From Rhynchopus sp. YZ270_cl-10 (taxonomy: Eukaryota): 64,000 nt of DNA. Each line of letters starts with the position of its first letter. The stretch's first letter is position 1. The notes beneath the pieces are model-generated. The model was not told the origin of the DNA, made no database searches, and was given only the letters and a program-made list of their open reading frames with translations. Of the stretch, positions 1-12,036 are shown one piece after another. The DNA is taken from assembly GCA_964035575.1 (NCBI GenBank), contig OZ037833.1, forward strand, positions 2,728,001 through 2,792,000. Reading direction: 5' to 3'. Both the position numbers and the translations under genes were made by a program.

Positions 1-1
1 A

Positions 2-2389
2 ATGGGTAAAGGGAACGGCTGCTGTTGTGATGATGGTGAGAGCACCGTGCAGACCTTTGCGTCTGATGGCAGAGAACCTGCAGAGATGGGTCTGCCTGAC
101 AACATTCAGATTGAGAACCCAAGCCGGAGGGTGTTGAACAGCGACTGCCCTGTGTGTCTGCTGTTTGTTGTGTTCTGGATTGGGATGTTCATCATCAGCT
201 CTGTTGCCTTTGAGAAGGGAGACGCCATGAAGCTCATCTACGGAACAGACTACCTCGACAACAAATGCGGATACGGCGACGAACCTGCCGGATGGGCCTC
301 CGCTGTCGCAACCCACCGCAACCTTAACCCTGACGTCTACGCCTATCAAACTGCCACCTGGTCTGAAAACAAATACCTCTTTATCCCACTTCCCTACAAC
401 GGCGACCATCCACTTGATTCAGACGCTTGGTCCGGCTTTTCTGCCGAAACAGCGCTCGCATCAGGAGTCTGTGTTAACCAATGCCCCCAGTCTGGCCTCG
501 ACTCCCTAGAGAGCATCTCCACCCAAGCGAACTACAAAGTGTTCACCTACGGATCAGCAGACGGCATCAACCCGCTAGAAGAGTTTGACGTATGGTACAA
601 CTCGCATGATATCCTCAGGAGGTGTATTCCGTCCTCCAACAACTCGGTTGCTGATAGCGTGGACACCCTGAAGAGCGCAATGGATAAGCTCCCAGAGGTG
701 ACCCGCGTTTCGTCGTTTTTTACAAGAGGTTTGGCGGATATTGAAGATGGTTACATGGTGATCGTGTTCTGTGCGATGATCAGCGTGTTGCTTCCGTTCC
801 TGTATGTCGTAATGTTGAGGTGTATTTTGAAGCCGTTGGTGTGGACGATGTTGTTTTTGGTGCTCATTATTTTGGCAGCGTGTGGGTACTTCTGTTATCA
901 GAGGTATGACGATCTTGACAATGACGACGACTCGACGAACGACCAGGACGCGAAGGGGTTCCTCTTCCTCGCCATCTTCTTCTGGGTGCTGACCGCGGTG
1001 TACCTCTGCTTCCTGGTGTGGTTCTGCAAGCACATCAACGCTGCCTGCGAGATCATCGCCCAGGCCGGCAAGGTGCTCACCTCCGACCCTTCGATCCTCC
1101 TGATCCCCATCTTCACCGGTATCATGCTTCTTGCGCTCTTCGTCTTCATCGTCTATCTCCTTCTCTTTGTTTGGACAATGGAAGACGGGGCGAATATAGA
1201 AACAACAGGCACCGATGCGCTAGGTGTAAACACCACAGTATCGGTACCCTCGGACTACACCACAAGGAACAACCTTGTGTACTACATCTTCTTTGGGTGG
1301 CTTTGGTCGATGGGAGTGATCAGTGCGCTGGGATACTTCGTGGTCGCAGCAGTGACCGTGCAGTGGTACTACTCTCACAAGGATGATGACGAGAAGAAGG
1401 TGCGTTGTGTGGTAGGCTGGCTGCGTGGATATGCCTGGGCCTTCCTCTACCACATGGGGTGTCTCATCACAGGAGCCCTGTTGGTGGCTATTATCCAGTT
1501 TTTGCGGTGGATGCTGCAGAAGGCGACCGATAAGTTCAAGGAGTCGAGCTCTGCCGCAAAGTGCATTATGTGCTGTGTCGACTGCTGTCTTGCGTACATC
1601 GAGCGGTTCTTGCAGTACATCAGCAGAAACGCGTTCATCATGACTGCGATTGAGGGGACCGGGTTCTGGTGCAGCTGCTGCAAGGTGGTGGGTGTCCTGC
1701 TGGGGGCGATCTCGTACCTCGCGCCGCTGATTATCGTGAGTGACATTGTGTTCTTCATCGGGAAGCTCTTCCTTGTGTCGCTCACGGTCGGTATCGGGTA
1801 CCTCATGATGTACAACCACGACCTGGCACCTGATGTCGACAACGGCATCATGGTGTTGATCGTCATTGGTGTTATCGCGTACGTCATTGCGTCGCTCTTC
1901 ATGTCCGTCTACGAGGTATGTCCGAAAGAAGGCGAAAATTGGAAATATTCATAGTTTCCGGCCGCGTGGGTGCAGCGTTGATTTAAAAAAACACACCATT
2001 TACACAGGCCTGCATCGACAGCATGTTTGTTCTCGTGTTCCACGAGACGAGACAGCCAAAAGACCCGTCCCTCTACTTCTGCCCGTCCGACGTCTTCCAG
2101 GTATGTTGCTTTGCCCGTCGTTTCTTACCTCTGGGTTGAGTGCACAACAGCTTGATGGTGTACGATAATAAGCGGCTACAGGTGTTCATGAAATACTTCT
2201 CTTTTGACAATTTTATTTGACCACTTTTTTTTCAACAGACTGTGACCGGGAAGAAGAAGACACAGGCCTCGATGTTCAAAGACGAGCACGCTGCCAAGCT
2301 TGCTGACAAGGGATCGACAGCGGTATGCCTCAAGAAAGGAAAGTACAACGTTTTGACCACAAAACCTACAGGAACCCCAAGCTGTCTGA
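2..2389 (+). CDS. Choline transporter-like protein (CTL/SLC44 family), 4 exons
   Basis: About 10 hydrophobic segments. Family-type motifs seen: 'YGTDYLDNKCG', 'VCVNQCP', 'YHMGCLITGALLVAIIQFLR', Cys cluster 'KCIMCCVDCCL', 'YISRNAFI'. Proposed exons: 2-1915, 2008-2100 (ACIDSMFVLVFHE...), 2239-2322, 2372-2389. Introns are GTATG...ACAG. The last exon is the least certain. Confidence 0.9.
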
Positions 2390-2673
2390 ACTGTAGAACC
2401 CTGAACGAATACGTGTACAGAAGAACCTTTCAAAAGGAAAACCTCCAAAAAAAAACAAAAATGCCACTTCATGGCCCCTTTCTCTCCAATCCTCTCGTAT
2501 TTTTTTTACTCCCCCGCTCTCAAAAGAACACTCCAACAGACGTGTTCGGGAAAAAAATGACGTTTTTTTTTTTCGTCCAGTTGAGCAGAACACAATCCCA
2601 CCCCACCCCTTTTATGTGTCGTTAGACTTTGCATTTTTAGACCAGCACTGCTCACAATATCAATGATTTGTGC

Positions 2674-3279
2674 ATATGGGTCGATTTCAAAACCCCCCCC
2701 CCCCCAAAAGTTCTTTTTTGTCTTTTTCATGATATAGGCAGTTTTTTTGCAGTCTGAGGTCCGGAACCGCCCCAAAAACGATTTTCTGGGAGGTTTTGGG
2801 TGGTTTTGGGGCGAAATGGACCTTTTTTGACCATTTTTATGGTATTTTTAGGCTGTTTTTGGCCCTTCTTCTTACACAGCCTATTGGGGGTCAAAATAGC
2901 TATTTTTGACCAAAAAACACAATTTATTTGACGCCAGGAGGCCTCCGTTGGCCCAAATATATCCCAAAAATGGGCTGTGAGCCCAATCCGACCTGTTTTG
3001 GGCACATTTGGCACTTTTCTTGGTGCTTATTTGATGTTTTTTGGTCAAAAATAGCTATTTTGACCCCCAATAGGCTGTGTAAGAAGAAGGGCCAAAAACA
3101 GCCTAAAAATACCATAAAAATGGTCAAAAAAGGTCCATTTCGCCCCAAAACCACCCAAAACCTCCCAGAAAATCGTTTTTGGGGCGGTTCCGGACCTCAG
3201 ACTGCAAAAAAACTGCCTATATCATGAAAAAGACAAAAAAGAACTTTTGGGGGGGGGGGGTTTTGAAATCGACCCATAT
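2674..3279. mobile_element. Foldback/MITE-like element with ~245-bp inverted arms
   Basis: 2674-2919 is the reverse complement of 3035-3279, differing only in a C13 vs G12 run. The spacer is 115 bp. Ends read ATAT-GGGTCG...CGACCC-ATAT, a possible TA or ATAT target duplication. Confidence 0.85.
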
Positions 3280-3915
3280 TTTTTTAAAAGGTGCCCAATC
3301 ACAACGAGGTTTATGCTCATATGTCAAACCTTTTTCTTGTCGATAAAACCGCGCATCATCGAGGACATGTATTGTGGGTTTATCAGATCCTAAAGACAGA
3401 ATGATTCTGTCTCATTTTCAATAGAACGGCTGCGCTTCATGAGGTACCTTCTGTCTCTAGCATATTGATTTTTCTTCAAGGTGTGACTGAAGCATGCAGT
3501 AAAAGCTTCGGTTCATCTTGTAACGTTTTTTTTTTCTTCTTCTTTTTTTTTTGGGTTTGATCGCCCATCATTTTTCCCCCAAGCGTTTTTGCTCTCAGAA
3601 GTCTGGCCAATTATCTGAGATGCCACCTCTTTTTCAAATTTTTCATTTTTTTTTCTTTTGATGTTCACGAGTTGATGTGATGTGTGTGGCTTCATCTTTC
3701 AAGTGTTATTTCCCCAAAAGGGTCACCAAGCTTTTATCATTTCCCCCTCGATATGTTGAAAATTGCTGAATACCGATTTTTTAGGTGAGGGTGGTGCTCC
3801 CGTGCTCATTTATGCAACACAACAGAGGCAAAGAAAAGATGGACTACTAACCATCTCTTAGCTTTAAGTCTCAAATACTGGCTCGCGCTTAATCCCCCAT
3901 TTTTTTTTAAAACTA

Positions 3916-3950
3916 AAGGTGACTAAGCACGAGAGGCTTAGGGTCATCTT
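3916..3950 (+). repeat. Dispersed hairpin repeat family B (AAGGTGACTAAGC-loop-GCTTAGG(G/T)TCATCTT), representative copy
   Basis: Related copies at ~3478, 42757, 53480, 55800, 56335, 58703, 61087, 61341 and 61545. All are in the same orientation and most are followed by a T-tract. Confidence 0.8.
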
Positions 3951-4765
3951 ATAACCTTTTCTTTAATTTTGCTGGAGATTTTGCAAAGAAAAAGAAACCC
4001 GGAATAGGGCGGAGCAGAGTAGTATTTTGACCCAACGTTGTGTATGCCTGGGCCGTTATTTTATTCGCAGTCTTTTTTTTTTTGTCATTGTACTGGTCAT
4101 GCACCAAGGTACACAAGAGGGCCTTCTGTTATTTCATTTTTTGTTTTTTTGTTTTTGTTTTTGCAAATAAAACAAAGTGACGTTATTTTCCGCCATTTCT
4201 TTTTGTTTTTACCGGAGCTGCTAAAAGCTAAACGGGGGTTTTTTCAAACAAAAAAAAATTAATGAACAAGATGTGATGGGCAGCAGAAAAAAACGGAGGA
4301 ATAAATACGGTTGCTAAACAAGCCGCTTTTTTACACACCGCTTTTATTTTTGCCTTGACTGAGTTCGACCTTTTTTTCTTCTCTTCAATCTAATGGATCG
4401 CACCCTCGAATGGGTGTTGTGTCATCTGAGTCTGGCCTTCATCTCTCAAAAAGAAATTGAAGACTTTCCGTTTCTGGTGCTTTCGGAAATCGGTCAACGA
4501 CCTGTCAGCGACCTGTCAATATCGAACCCTATATCGACCCCTTCCGGAGCACCAGTTTCGCGATTTTTTTTTTACCCTCCGTTTTAGAATTAACAGAACA
4601 CATGAGTAAAGATATTTCAAAGCCATTTGTGGATAAGACAAACGACGTTCAAAAGCCTCCCACTACTGTGGATGAAACCAACTGTTTTACCTCTACTAGA
4701 CGGTCCACCAACAGTGTACATTTTCTAGATGTAAACCATGAAATGGATTGTAGGACTGCATGGTT

Positions 4766-4826
4766 GGGTCTCCACGGTACACCCGGTCATACCAAGGTAC
4801 ACTGTTCACGAGAGGGCTTTGTATTT
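4766..4826 (+). repeat. Dispersed repeat family A, copy 1
   Basis: 50 bp (4766-4815) identical to 7954-8003. Degenerate or partial copies near 4092, 8873, 60303 and 60849. Confidence 0.85.
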
Positions 4827-5762
4827 GCAGTCAACTTTTTTTTTTGGGCCCGGCCAGACCCTCTACGTTTACTTTGCACTATATCTCAGAGATCTCTTCT
4901 TAATGAACTGTCCTCACTCCTTCTAGGTGAGACGAACCAGCGCCACAACGGAGTGCCATGATATGTCCAGGCGTTTTGCATTTTTTTTTATCAACTCGCC
5001 TTTCCCCCATTATTTTTTTCCCCCCAAGGTACTAAGTACGTTTACTGCGCGAAGCTTATAATTCCTTCAAATGTTCCCTTTTCTTTCACACCTTCTGTCA
5101 GGTGTCCCGGGGGAAGAGAAAAAAAAATACAGTATAGTGGAGCTCATCCTCGGGTGTGTACACTAATACAATTCAAAAAAGTGAAAAAAAAACATAAAAT
5201 AGGCAGCCAACTCTTTTGTTGGTCGCAACCTTCCTTTAGTGGTAGTTTTTAGTTAAAAAAAAAGCCTCAAAAAAAAGCCATGCCAAAAATACAATAAAAA
5301 TATCCTGCTGTGTATACGTGTTTTTTTTCCCCCCCAAAGATGTTGTGTGTGCCTTCAAGGCCTTCATGTTTTTTTGTTTTTTGTTTTCAAATTTATCTTT
5401 TCCCCCTGTTATTTTAACCCATCGCGAGTCGTGCCTGCGAAATGCAAACACAATCCCCCATTACTTTTTACTGAAATTTTTCCCTTCCCCTCACACACCG
5501 GAGCCCCACCTCACGCTAGAAAAGTCAGTATCCAAACCGCAACCCACAGACATTCGCCTTTTTATTTCACGCTGTGTTTTTTCAGCCGCACTGCCACCAT
5601 TGGTGTGGCTGAAGGGAGGTGCTATTTTCTGCTATTTTTGGGGTCGTCGGCCACACCAACCATGCCATTTTCTCATCTTCTCATCTTTTCATCTTCTCCT
5701 CTTCTCCTCTCACACAACCCCCCCACAGAGAGTACACAACACAACGCCTTTCAAGTAGTGTG

Positions 5763-7001
5763 ATGGCGAATTTCTTTGGTTGTGCGCCGTTGGTGCAGAA
5801 GCCAGGGCGCACAGGGGACCTTGACAAGAACGCAGCCAACCCTTCAGCCGCCCTGCGCTACCGCGAGCAGGAACAGGTCTGCGAATTCATCACCGCCTTT
5901 TCAGCGAAGCACTCCGACCTGCACACTACCACCGAAAACTTCGACGCAGAATTCAAAAAACTCCGGTCCATAGGGACCGGCGCGTCGGGCACCGTCTGGA
6001 AGGTGCAGGACCGGGAGGGGCGCCGCTTTGCCTTGAAAGAGATTGACAAGCCTGAGACCGGCCGGACCAGGGAGAACTGCGTCAAATGGAAGGCGCTTCT
6101 CACTGAGATTGAGGTGCTGACGGAGATCTCCTACGACAAAAACCCTTTATGTGTACAGCTGTTTGGCCTGCGCAACAGCCCCACCCACATTGGCTTGGTC
6201 CTTGAGCTGGTAAAAGGCACCAACCTGCAACGCTTTGGCGCTGTGAACCCTATGAGTGAGCGTGATGCAAGCGAAATATCGTCGCACATCCTGCGTGCCC
6301 TCAAATACCTCCATGAAGAGAAGAAGATCGTCCACCGCGACATCAAACCCGAGAACATCCTCATCTACAAGAGAGACACCCCGATCCGATGCGACAAATA
6401 CGTCGTCAAATTGGTAGATTTCGGCTCCTCCCGCTTCATCAAAGAAGGCCTTCTCGGCGGCCGCTACGGCGAAGGCGAGCTATTGAGTTACTGCGGGATC
6501 GACCAACCCGATACACGACCTGCCGCAACCCCTGTCGGATCCGCACTGTACCTTGCACTAGAAACAATCAACATCAGCTTGAACATGGAGGACCTCCCTA
6601 CAGTAATAATCGACCAACTACCTAAGGTAGACGTCTTTTCGTTAGGTGTCGTGGCCTACGTATTGATCTGCCGGTCGCACCCCTTCATGGGAACTGTAGT
6701 CGACAACGTCCACGACATGAAGGAGAAAATGATCGACAGCGACGGACTCACAAAGCTCTACTTCCCCGACGAAGACGACCACCCGCTCTCCCCAGACGTC
6801 AAATCCTTCCTCCATGCGGTTCTCGAGCTCTGCCCAAAGAAACGCCTCAGCGCGCGCCAAGCTCTCGAACACCCATGGATCGTGAGCCGCGCCTCCTGCT
6901 GCGAAGCAGTCAAAACCTGTACGGCAGAAAACTGGGAAGAAATCTGCAAAGATATCGTCTGTCAAGCGCCCGAAGAACGACCAGAGGTTGCCGTTGTGTA
7001 A
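5763..7001 (+). CDS. Ser/Thr protein kinase (CAMK-like)
   Basis: Motifs GTGASG, FALK, HRDIKPEN, DFG, DVFSLGVV and 'RLSARQALEHPW'. The first ATG is at 5763; the ORF track starts upstream at a non-ATG codon. Confidence 0.92.
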   Translation: MANFFGCAPLVQKPGRTGDLDKNAANPSAALRYREQEQVCEFITAFSAKHSDLHTTTENFDAEFKKLRSIGTGASGTVWKVQDREGRRFALKEIDKPETGRTRENCVKWKALLTEIEVLTEISYDKNPLCVQLFGLRNSPTHIGLVLELVKGTNLQRFGAVNPMSERDASEISSHILRALKYLHEEKKIVHRDIKPENILIYKRDTPIRCDKYVVKLVDFGSSRFIKEGLLGGRYGEGELLSYCGIDQPDTRPAATPVGSALYLALETINISLNMEDLPTVIIDQLPKVDVFSLGVVAYVLICRSHPFMGTVVDNVHDMKEKMIDSDGLTKLYFPDEDDHPLSPDVKSFLHAVLELCPKKRLSARQALEHPWIVSRASCCEAVKTCTAENWEEICKDIVCQAPEERPEVAVV

Positions 7002-7953
7002 ATTTGGGGTAAAAAAAAAGGGGGGGAAAAAGAAGGGTATGTGAGATGGTGCAGAGTTGTTACATGGTGATTTGGATGAGTGGGGAAAAGGGGGAAATTG
7101 GGGGGGGGGAGATGAAGTGCTATACAGGATACAAATACCTCGAAAATCTGTATTTTTATTTTTTTTTTTTTTGATCTGTGGAGTGCCACTCTGCCAACGC
7201 AAGCAGACTGCACTGTCCAGGTATCGCTCTCATGTACGTGTTTCTTTCTGTGACTTCATCCTCAAATGTTTTGTTTTTTTCTTTGACCTGACAAAATAGA
7301 GCACCTGTTCTGAACACATTTATTGCATACAAAAAGCATTCACCTTTCCCCTCCCCACGCCCTAACCTCCGCTGACCTCTTTTATGTTCTGGACGAACGG
7401 TAAAAAATGATAATTTCCTGCTTGTATTGTTGTGCGTTGTGCAGCCTTCTGTGCGACAGCAACATAAAACACACGGGGGGGAAAAAGAGAGCAGCAGAAA
7501 CAGAGAACTGATGTGTCCCTCCCCTCTCCCCCTCCCCTCCGCCTCTCCCATCTCGCTCCCCTCACCTTTGCCGCTCTCACCTACCATTCTACCCGATCTG
7601 TATGGTGTAGTTGATGGCATTCCCTTTTAAAGGTGGGTGTATGTGTGCTTGGGTACATATATTATCATCTTATGGACTCATTTTAGGTGTGTTAAATAAC
7701 TGCAAATGTTTTTTTTTTTGTGCCTGAAAATGAAGAAGGAAATAGGAACAAAACATTTTGCGGTTCTATAGGGATGAAACCGCACTGCAGAGCCACGCCT
7801 CGACCAAACAGGTCGAGGTGTGTGCGTTTCACCACAACCTCTACCAGGTTTTAGTCTCTGTTTCTTCATGCGGTGACGTTCACATTACCCACATTTTTCT
7901 TTGAGATTCTGTAAGACAGATTCATCTTTCAAATTTTTTTTTTCGCAATGCAT

Positions 7954-8014
7954 GGGTCTCCACGGTACACCCGGTCATACCAAGGTACACTGTTCACGAG
8001 AGGACTTTGTATTT
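7954..8014 (+). repeat. Dispersed repeat family A, copy 2
   Basis: Matches 4766-4826 with one mismatch. Confidence 0.85.
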
Positions 8015-9133
8015 CAAATCAGCCTTTTTTCTTCTTTTTTTGATGATCTTTAATTTTATTTCTCACGCTTTCTGGTGCGAAGGTGGCGTCTTCGAAAGAG
8101 TGACGATGGGGAAAGACACCCCCGCTACCAACATCAGTTTCCAATCAAAAGCCTTATGTCACCTATTCTCCCCCCCCCCATTTTTTTTTTTTTTTGTTTT
8201 CACTGTTTCCCGGCTAACAATGGGTTAAAAAAAAAATTGTTTTTCCAGTTTACAGCGTATCGAAGTTCACCAAAATTCCAACCTTTTGAAATTCATTAGC
8301 CTTCGGGGCAACGTTGTGCGTTACAGAACCCCCGTCCTCGGGCCGGGTGGTTTGTTAATATTACATAAGAAAACAAGAATGTCAGGACAGAGTATCTCTG
8401 CCACAGATACGGTGATGTCTGTATAGCGTTTACCTCTTTTTTTGGGTGACATTTGACCGAAACCCAGCCCTTTTAATGAAACCTTGCAACCCATATTGTG
8501 GGTTGCCTTTTTCGAAGGTTTTCTTCTACAAGGAGACACCTCGCCACTTTTCCCACAAAGGGGCACATACAGTACACCTTTCTTTTGTTGATAGTCCGAT
8601 AACAAAAAAAAGTGGAGATTACACAACTGTAAAAATGCAAAACTTTGAAGATGCAACTTTTGTGTACAAAACAGCACTTTGAATGCAAATCAACAAATAA
8701 AAGCTACTTTCTCGGATGGCCTCCCGTCCATACCGATTAAGTACGAAAGCCTTCGGGCGACATTGTGTACAGATCCTACCTCGGTAGGTGATTGTCGACA
8801 CAACAAAAAAACAAAACAAAAAAATCCGCTAAATTGCTGCATTGTACAACTTCATTTTTTCAAGTATAATTATACTACGAGTGGGCTTTGTATTTCAAGT
8901 CCAATTTTTATCTATTCTCTACACATTTTTGGAGGAGAATAAGGGGATATGGTGGGTCATATTGGGCAGGGGGAGGGGTTTCCTTTTTTTTTTTTTTTTT
9001 TTTACTTGGTATTTACTCTCGTCTCTTTAGCGCTGCCGAAGCAGTGTGGCTGCCTTTTTTTTTTTTGTTATGTCAGAATGAAACAGTATCTTTCTCTCGA
9101 CCACAACCGACGGTCCAAAACAAAAATCGTAGT

Positions 9134-9180
9134 TAGTGGAGCACACTCTAGGGTGGCTACACTAATACAACCAAGTTTTC
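9134..9180. repeat. Dispersed hairpin repeat family C (TAGTGGAGC...CACTAATACAACCAAGTTTTC), representative copy
   Basis: Copies at 5135, 9134, 29436, 59134 and 59298, flanked by A-tracts. The internal loop length varies between copies. Confidence 0.82.
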
Positions 9181-9687
9181 AAAAAAAAAAATCACACTTT
9201 ATGAAGATGTGCCTTGCTGCGCTTGTATTGTTTGTTTTCTTTTTTCTCCATTCTTTGTTTCCTACAAAAAAATTGCGATAGCGGGCGTCCTACAAAATCT
9301 TTGGGGGTGGGTGAATATGATTCTCAGATTTTCTTTTTTTTCTTTTTTTTTTGCCAGAATTGCGTAACGCAAACCTCCATACTCTTTCCCCCCCATCCAC
9401 CCCCCCTTTTTTTTTTGACAACCCACCAACTACGCCTTGCACCACCAGAGGGGAAGGTTGCAAACTCCGCGAGCAAAACTGGTGTGGCCGACGACCCCAA
9501 AATAGCAGAAAGGAGCAGAAAATAGTACAAAAATATCATCCCCTTTCAGCCACACCAAAAACTCTTTGTTTCTCTGCCCTTCTTCAATTGCTGTCAACAC
9601 AACAAAGTAGTGTCTTCCTCCCTCCCCTATTCCCTCCCTCCCTCCCTCCCTCTCTCCACCCCATTTCAGCACCAAAAAATGATGTAA

Positions 9688-11742
9688 ATGATGGCAGCGT
9701 TGACAGCAGCTTTAGCTGTTTTGTTGCGTGAGAAATGCCAGGAAGCGCTTGTCCTTGGCTATGACTCCCTCAGCGATAACGGAAAAAACGCGCTGCTTGA
9801 CTCCCTGCAAGCTGCGTTGGATCAGATCCTTCTCCAGCACATTGCGACCGTACAGCAGTCAGACCTCTCTCAAACCTCCCTAGAACAGCAGGAGGAGCAC
9901 CCCATTGTCGCAGTCCTCCTTTCCAGGGCGGAGCACGACCAAGGGGAAGCTACTCCATTGCCACCGCTTTCGGTTTTGAAATCTATCGACGAACAACTCG
10001 CAGAATGGGGTGTCCGCCGTCCTCTCGAGATAGTTGCGCAACATTCCCTCCGGGTAATGGTTGTCAATATGCAGGAGAGTCGCCACCATGCACCCCCACA
10101 CAACGGACAACGACTGCTATGCCAATCTAATTCATGCGTCGCAAAAACCGTCACCTCCGAACGCTCCGCAGAAACCCGCGCCTCCATGAAGGCAATCGAC
10201 ATCACAGATTTGGTGCTATTCAAAGCAATGCAAGGCTGCAAGCTGGTCGGCTGTCTCGCGGTGTCCCCATGCTATCTGTCTGGGATTATGACAGGGATGT
10301 ACGATGAGTACGGCAACTTCATTGAAATCGCATTATACAACCAAATGGAGGTGCTCTCCCATGCTGCAGTCAAAGCCGCATTTCCTAAGGGCGCGACCAT
10401 CACGATCTACGAACCATTTCTCAAAATCTTCGCCTCAGGGGCGATAGGAATCCGTGTAGACTCCCCAGAAGACATCCACATCCTGCACACCACACCGACC
10501 ACCCCTTTAAGCACTGCTCTCTCCCATATACAACACCTTAGAAAACAGGGCTACCTACGCTCTGCGGTACAAACCTGCGAAACCGCGCTTATCACCCACC
10601 CCGACATCAAAACTGACGCCGAAATGATTCTTCGCACAGCAAAGCAAGAACAGAACGCACATCTTGCGCTGTTGTACGCACATTCCGCGGTTTTTTTGTT
10701 TCGTTTGATTGCACCTAATAAAAACGCGGCAGCATTGTTTCGAGAATGTGCTGACAAGGTAGGGGTAGAAGATGAGGAAGGCCTGCCTGAGTGTTATGAG
10801 CTTGCCGCAATGCGGGAGGTCTGGGAGAGCGGGGTGGTCGACTCAAAGGGGGTAGGGGGCAACGGAGAGGGGGTGCCGTCTGAGGTTAACACATTGCGTG
10901 CGGAGCTTGCGTTTTGCTACACCGCTGCTGGTCTTGCCGACCAAGCCCTCTCTGCTTCAGTCACCGCACTCAGCTTTGACCCCGGCCACCTCCGTTCTCC
11001 TCTTCGCGAAATCTTCCAATCCACAGTCTCCGACCCGGAGCTCGCCAGCCTCCACGTAGGAATCCTTCCACAGCAAATCTCCCTCCCTCTCCGTGTCACC
11101 GCAACCTACGGTAAAGGATACGGCGTCTTCTCTGAAGACTATGACATACCGGACGGCACCCCTTTGGTGAGAGACGTTGCGTTGGTCTTTGGCGCGAAAG
11201 AAGCGGAGGGTCGCGGTTGTGAGATGAATTTGATACGTCGACCAAGAGGTGGGTGCAGTGTCGATGATTCTGGTTCGTTAAGCCGGGCGGTCAATCTGTT
11301 AAGTTTCCGTGTCGCGCGGGACACATATAGTGCGTTGGCGGTGCAATGGATGCAGGGGTTTCCTGCAGAGCAAGGGGTAGTGGGGTTACGGCGGTACGTA
11401 TCCGGCAGTGCACTGCAGGAGTTGTGCCGTCCAATCGATATGAGGATTTTGAGCTGTCTGCCGAACCAAGAGGACTATCTACGGACACCCCCTGCCAGCG
11501 CTCTCTCCCTCATTCTAACGGAGAACAGCTTCTCGCACCCAATCAGCGGGGAGACACTGTTGTTCCCGCTCCTGACATTCATCAACCACAACGATACGCC
11601 AAATGCCCGCGTCTTCATCTCAGACTGTGGCAGAACAGCAACAGTCTTCGCCATACGCGACATTGCACCATTCGAAGAAATTCTCATAGAATATGAAGAT
11701 GACCCAGAAGGACTTCGCAGGGGATGGGGCATCCATGCTTGA
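9688..11742 (+). CDS. SET-domain protein with degenerate TPR-like helices and an N-terminal beta-rich domain
   Basis: SET motifs 'KGYGVFS', 'FINHNDTPNARV', 'VFAIRDIAPFEEILIEY'. The upstream segment 'IYEPFLKIFASGAIGIRVDSPED' resembles, from memory, the N-terminal domain of TPR-SET proteins. Confidence 0.8.
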   Translation: MMAALTAALAVLLREKCQEALVLGYDSLSDNGKNALLDSLQAALDQILLQHIATVQQSDLSQTSLEQQEEHPIVAVLLSRAEHDQGEATPLPPLSVLKSIDEQLAEWGVRRPLEIVAQHSLRVMVVNMQESRHHAPPHNGQRLLCQSNSCVAKTVTSERSAETRASMKAIDITDLVLFKAMQGCKLVGCLAVSPCYLSGIMTGMYDEYGNFIEIALYNQMEVLSHAAVKAAFPKGATITIYEPFLKIFASGAIGIRVDSPEDIHILHTTPTTPLSTALSHIQHLRKQGYLRSAVQTCETALITHPDIKTDAEMILRTAKQEQNAHLALLYAHSAVFLFRLIAPNKNAAALFRECADKVGVEDEEGLPECYELAAMREVWESGVVDSKGVGGNGEGVPSEVNTLRAELAFCYTAAGLADQALSASVTALSFDPGHLRSPLREIFQSTVSDPELASLHVGILPQQISLPLRVTATYGKGYGVFSEDYDIPDGTPLVRDVALVFGAKEAEGRGCEMNLIRRPRGGCSVDDSGSLSRAVNLLSFRVARDTYSALAVQWMQGFPAEQGVVGLRRYVSGSALQELCRPIDMRILSCLPNQEDYLRTPPASALSLILTENSFSHPISGETLLFPLLTFINHNDTPNARVFISDCGRTATVFAIRDIAPFEEILIEYEDDPEGLRRGWGIHA

Positions 11743-12036
11743 AGATTCATTCAATTCTTACCCTTTTTTCTTTACGCACCTTTTTTATTTTTCACAAAAT
11801 AAAGCAATGTCTTGCGACTGAAAATATTGTAGATTTTTTCATTTTTTTTAAATATTACCCTTCGACAACAACACCTACAGAAAAAAAAGGCAACACACAC
11901 ACAACACAAAAAAAACACGAGAGCTACCGTATTCGCTCTTAATGCGCCACAGCTAATAGCATTTCTTTCCCTTTTCTTTCCCGCTCTTTTCTTATCCTTT
12001 AAATGCCTCCGTGCACAACAAAAATAAAACACCGTT

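Noticed and set aside
2727..3227. Mirror ORFs on both strands with identical peptide ends
   Set aside because: A by-product of the inverted repeat, with no protein motifs.
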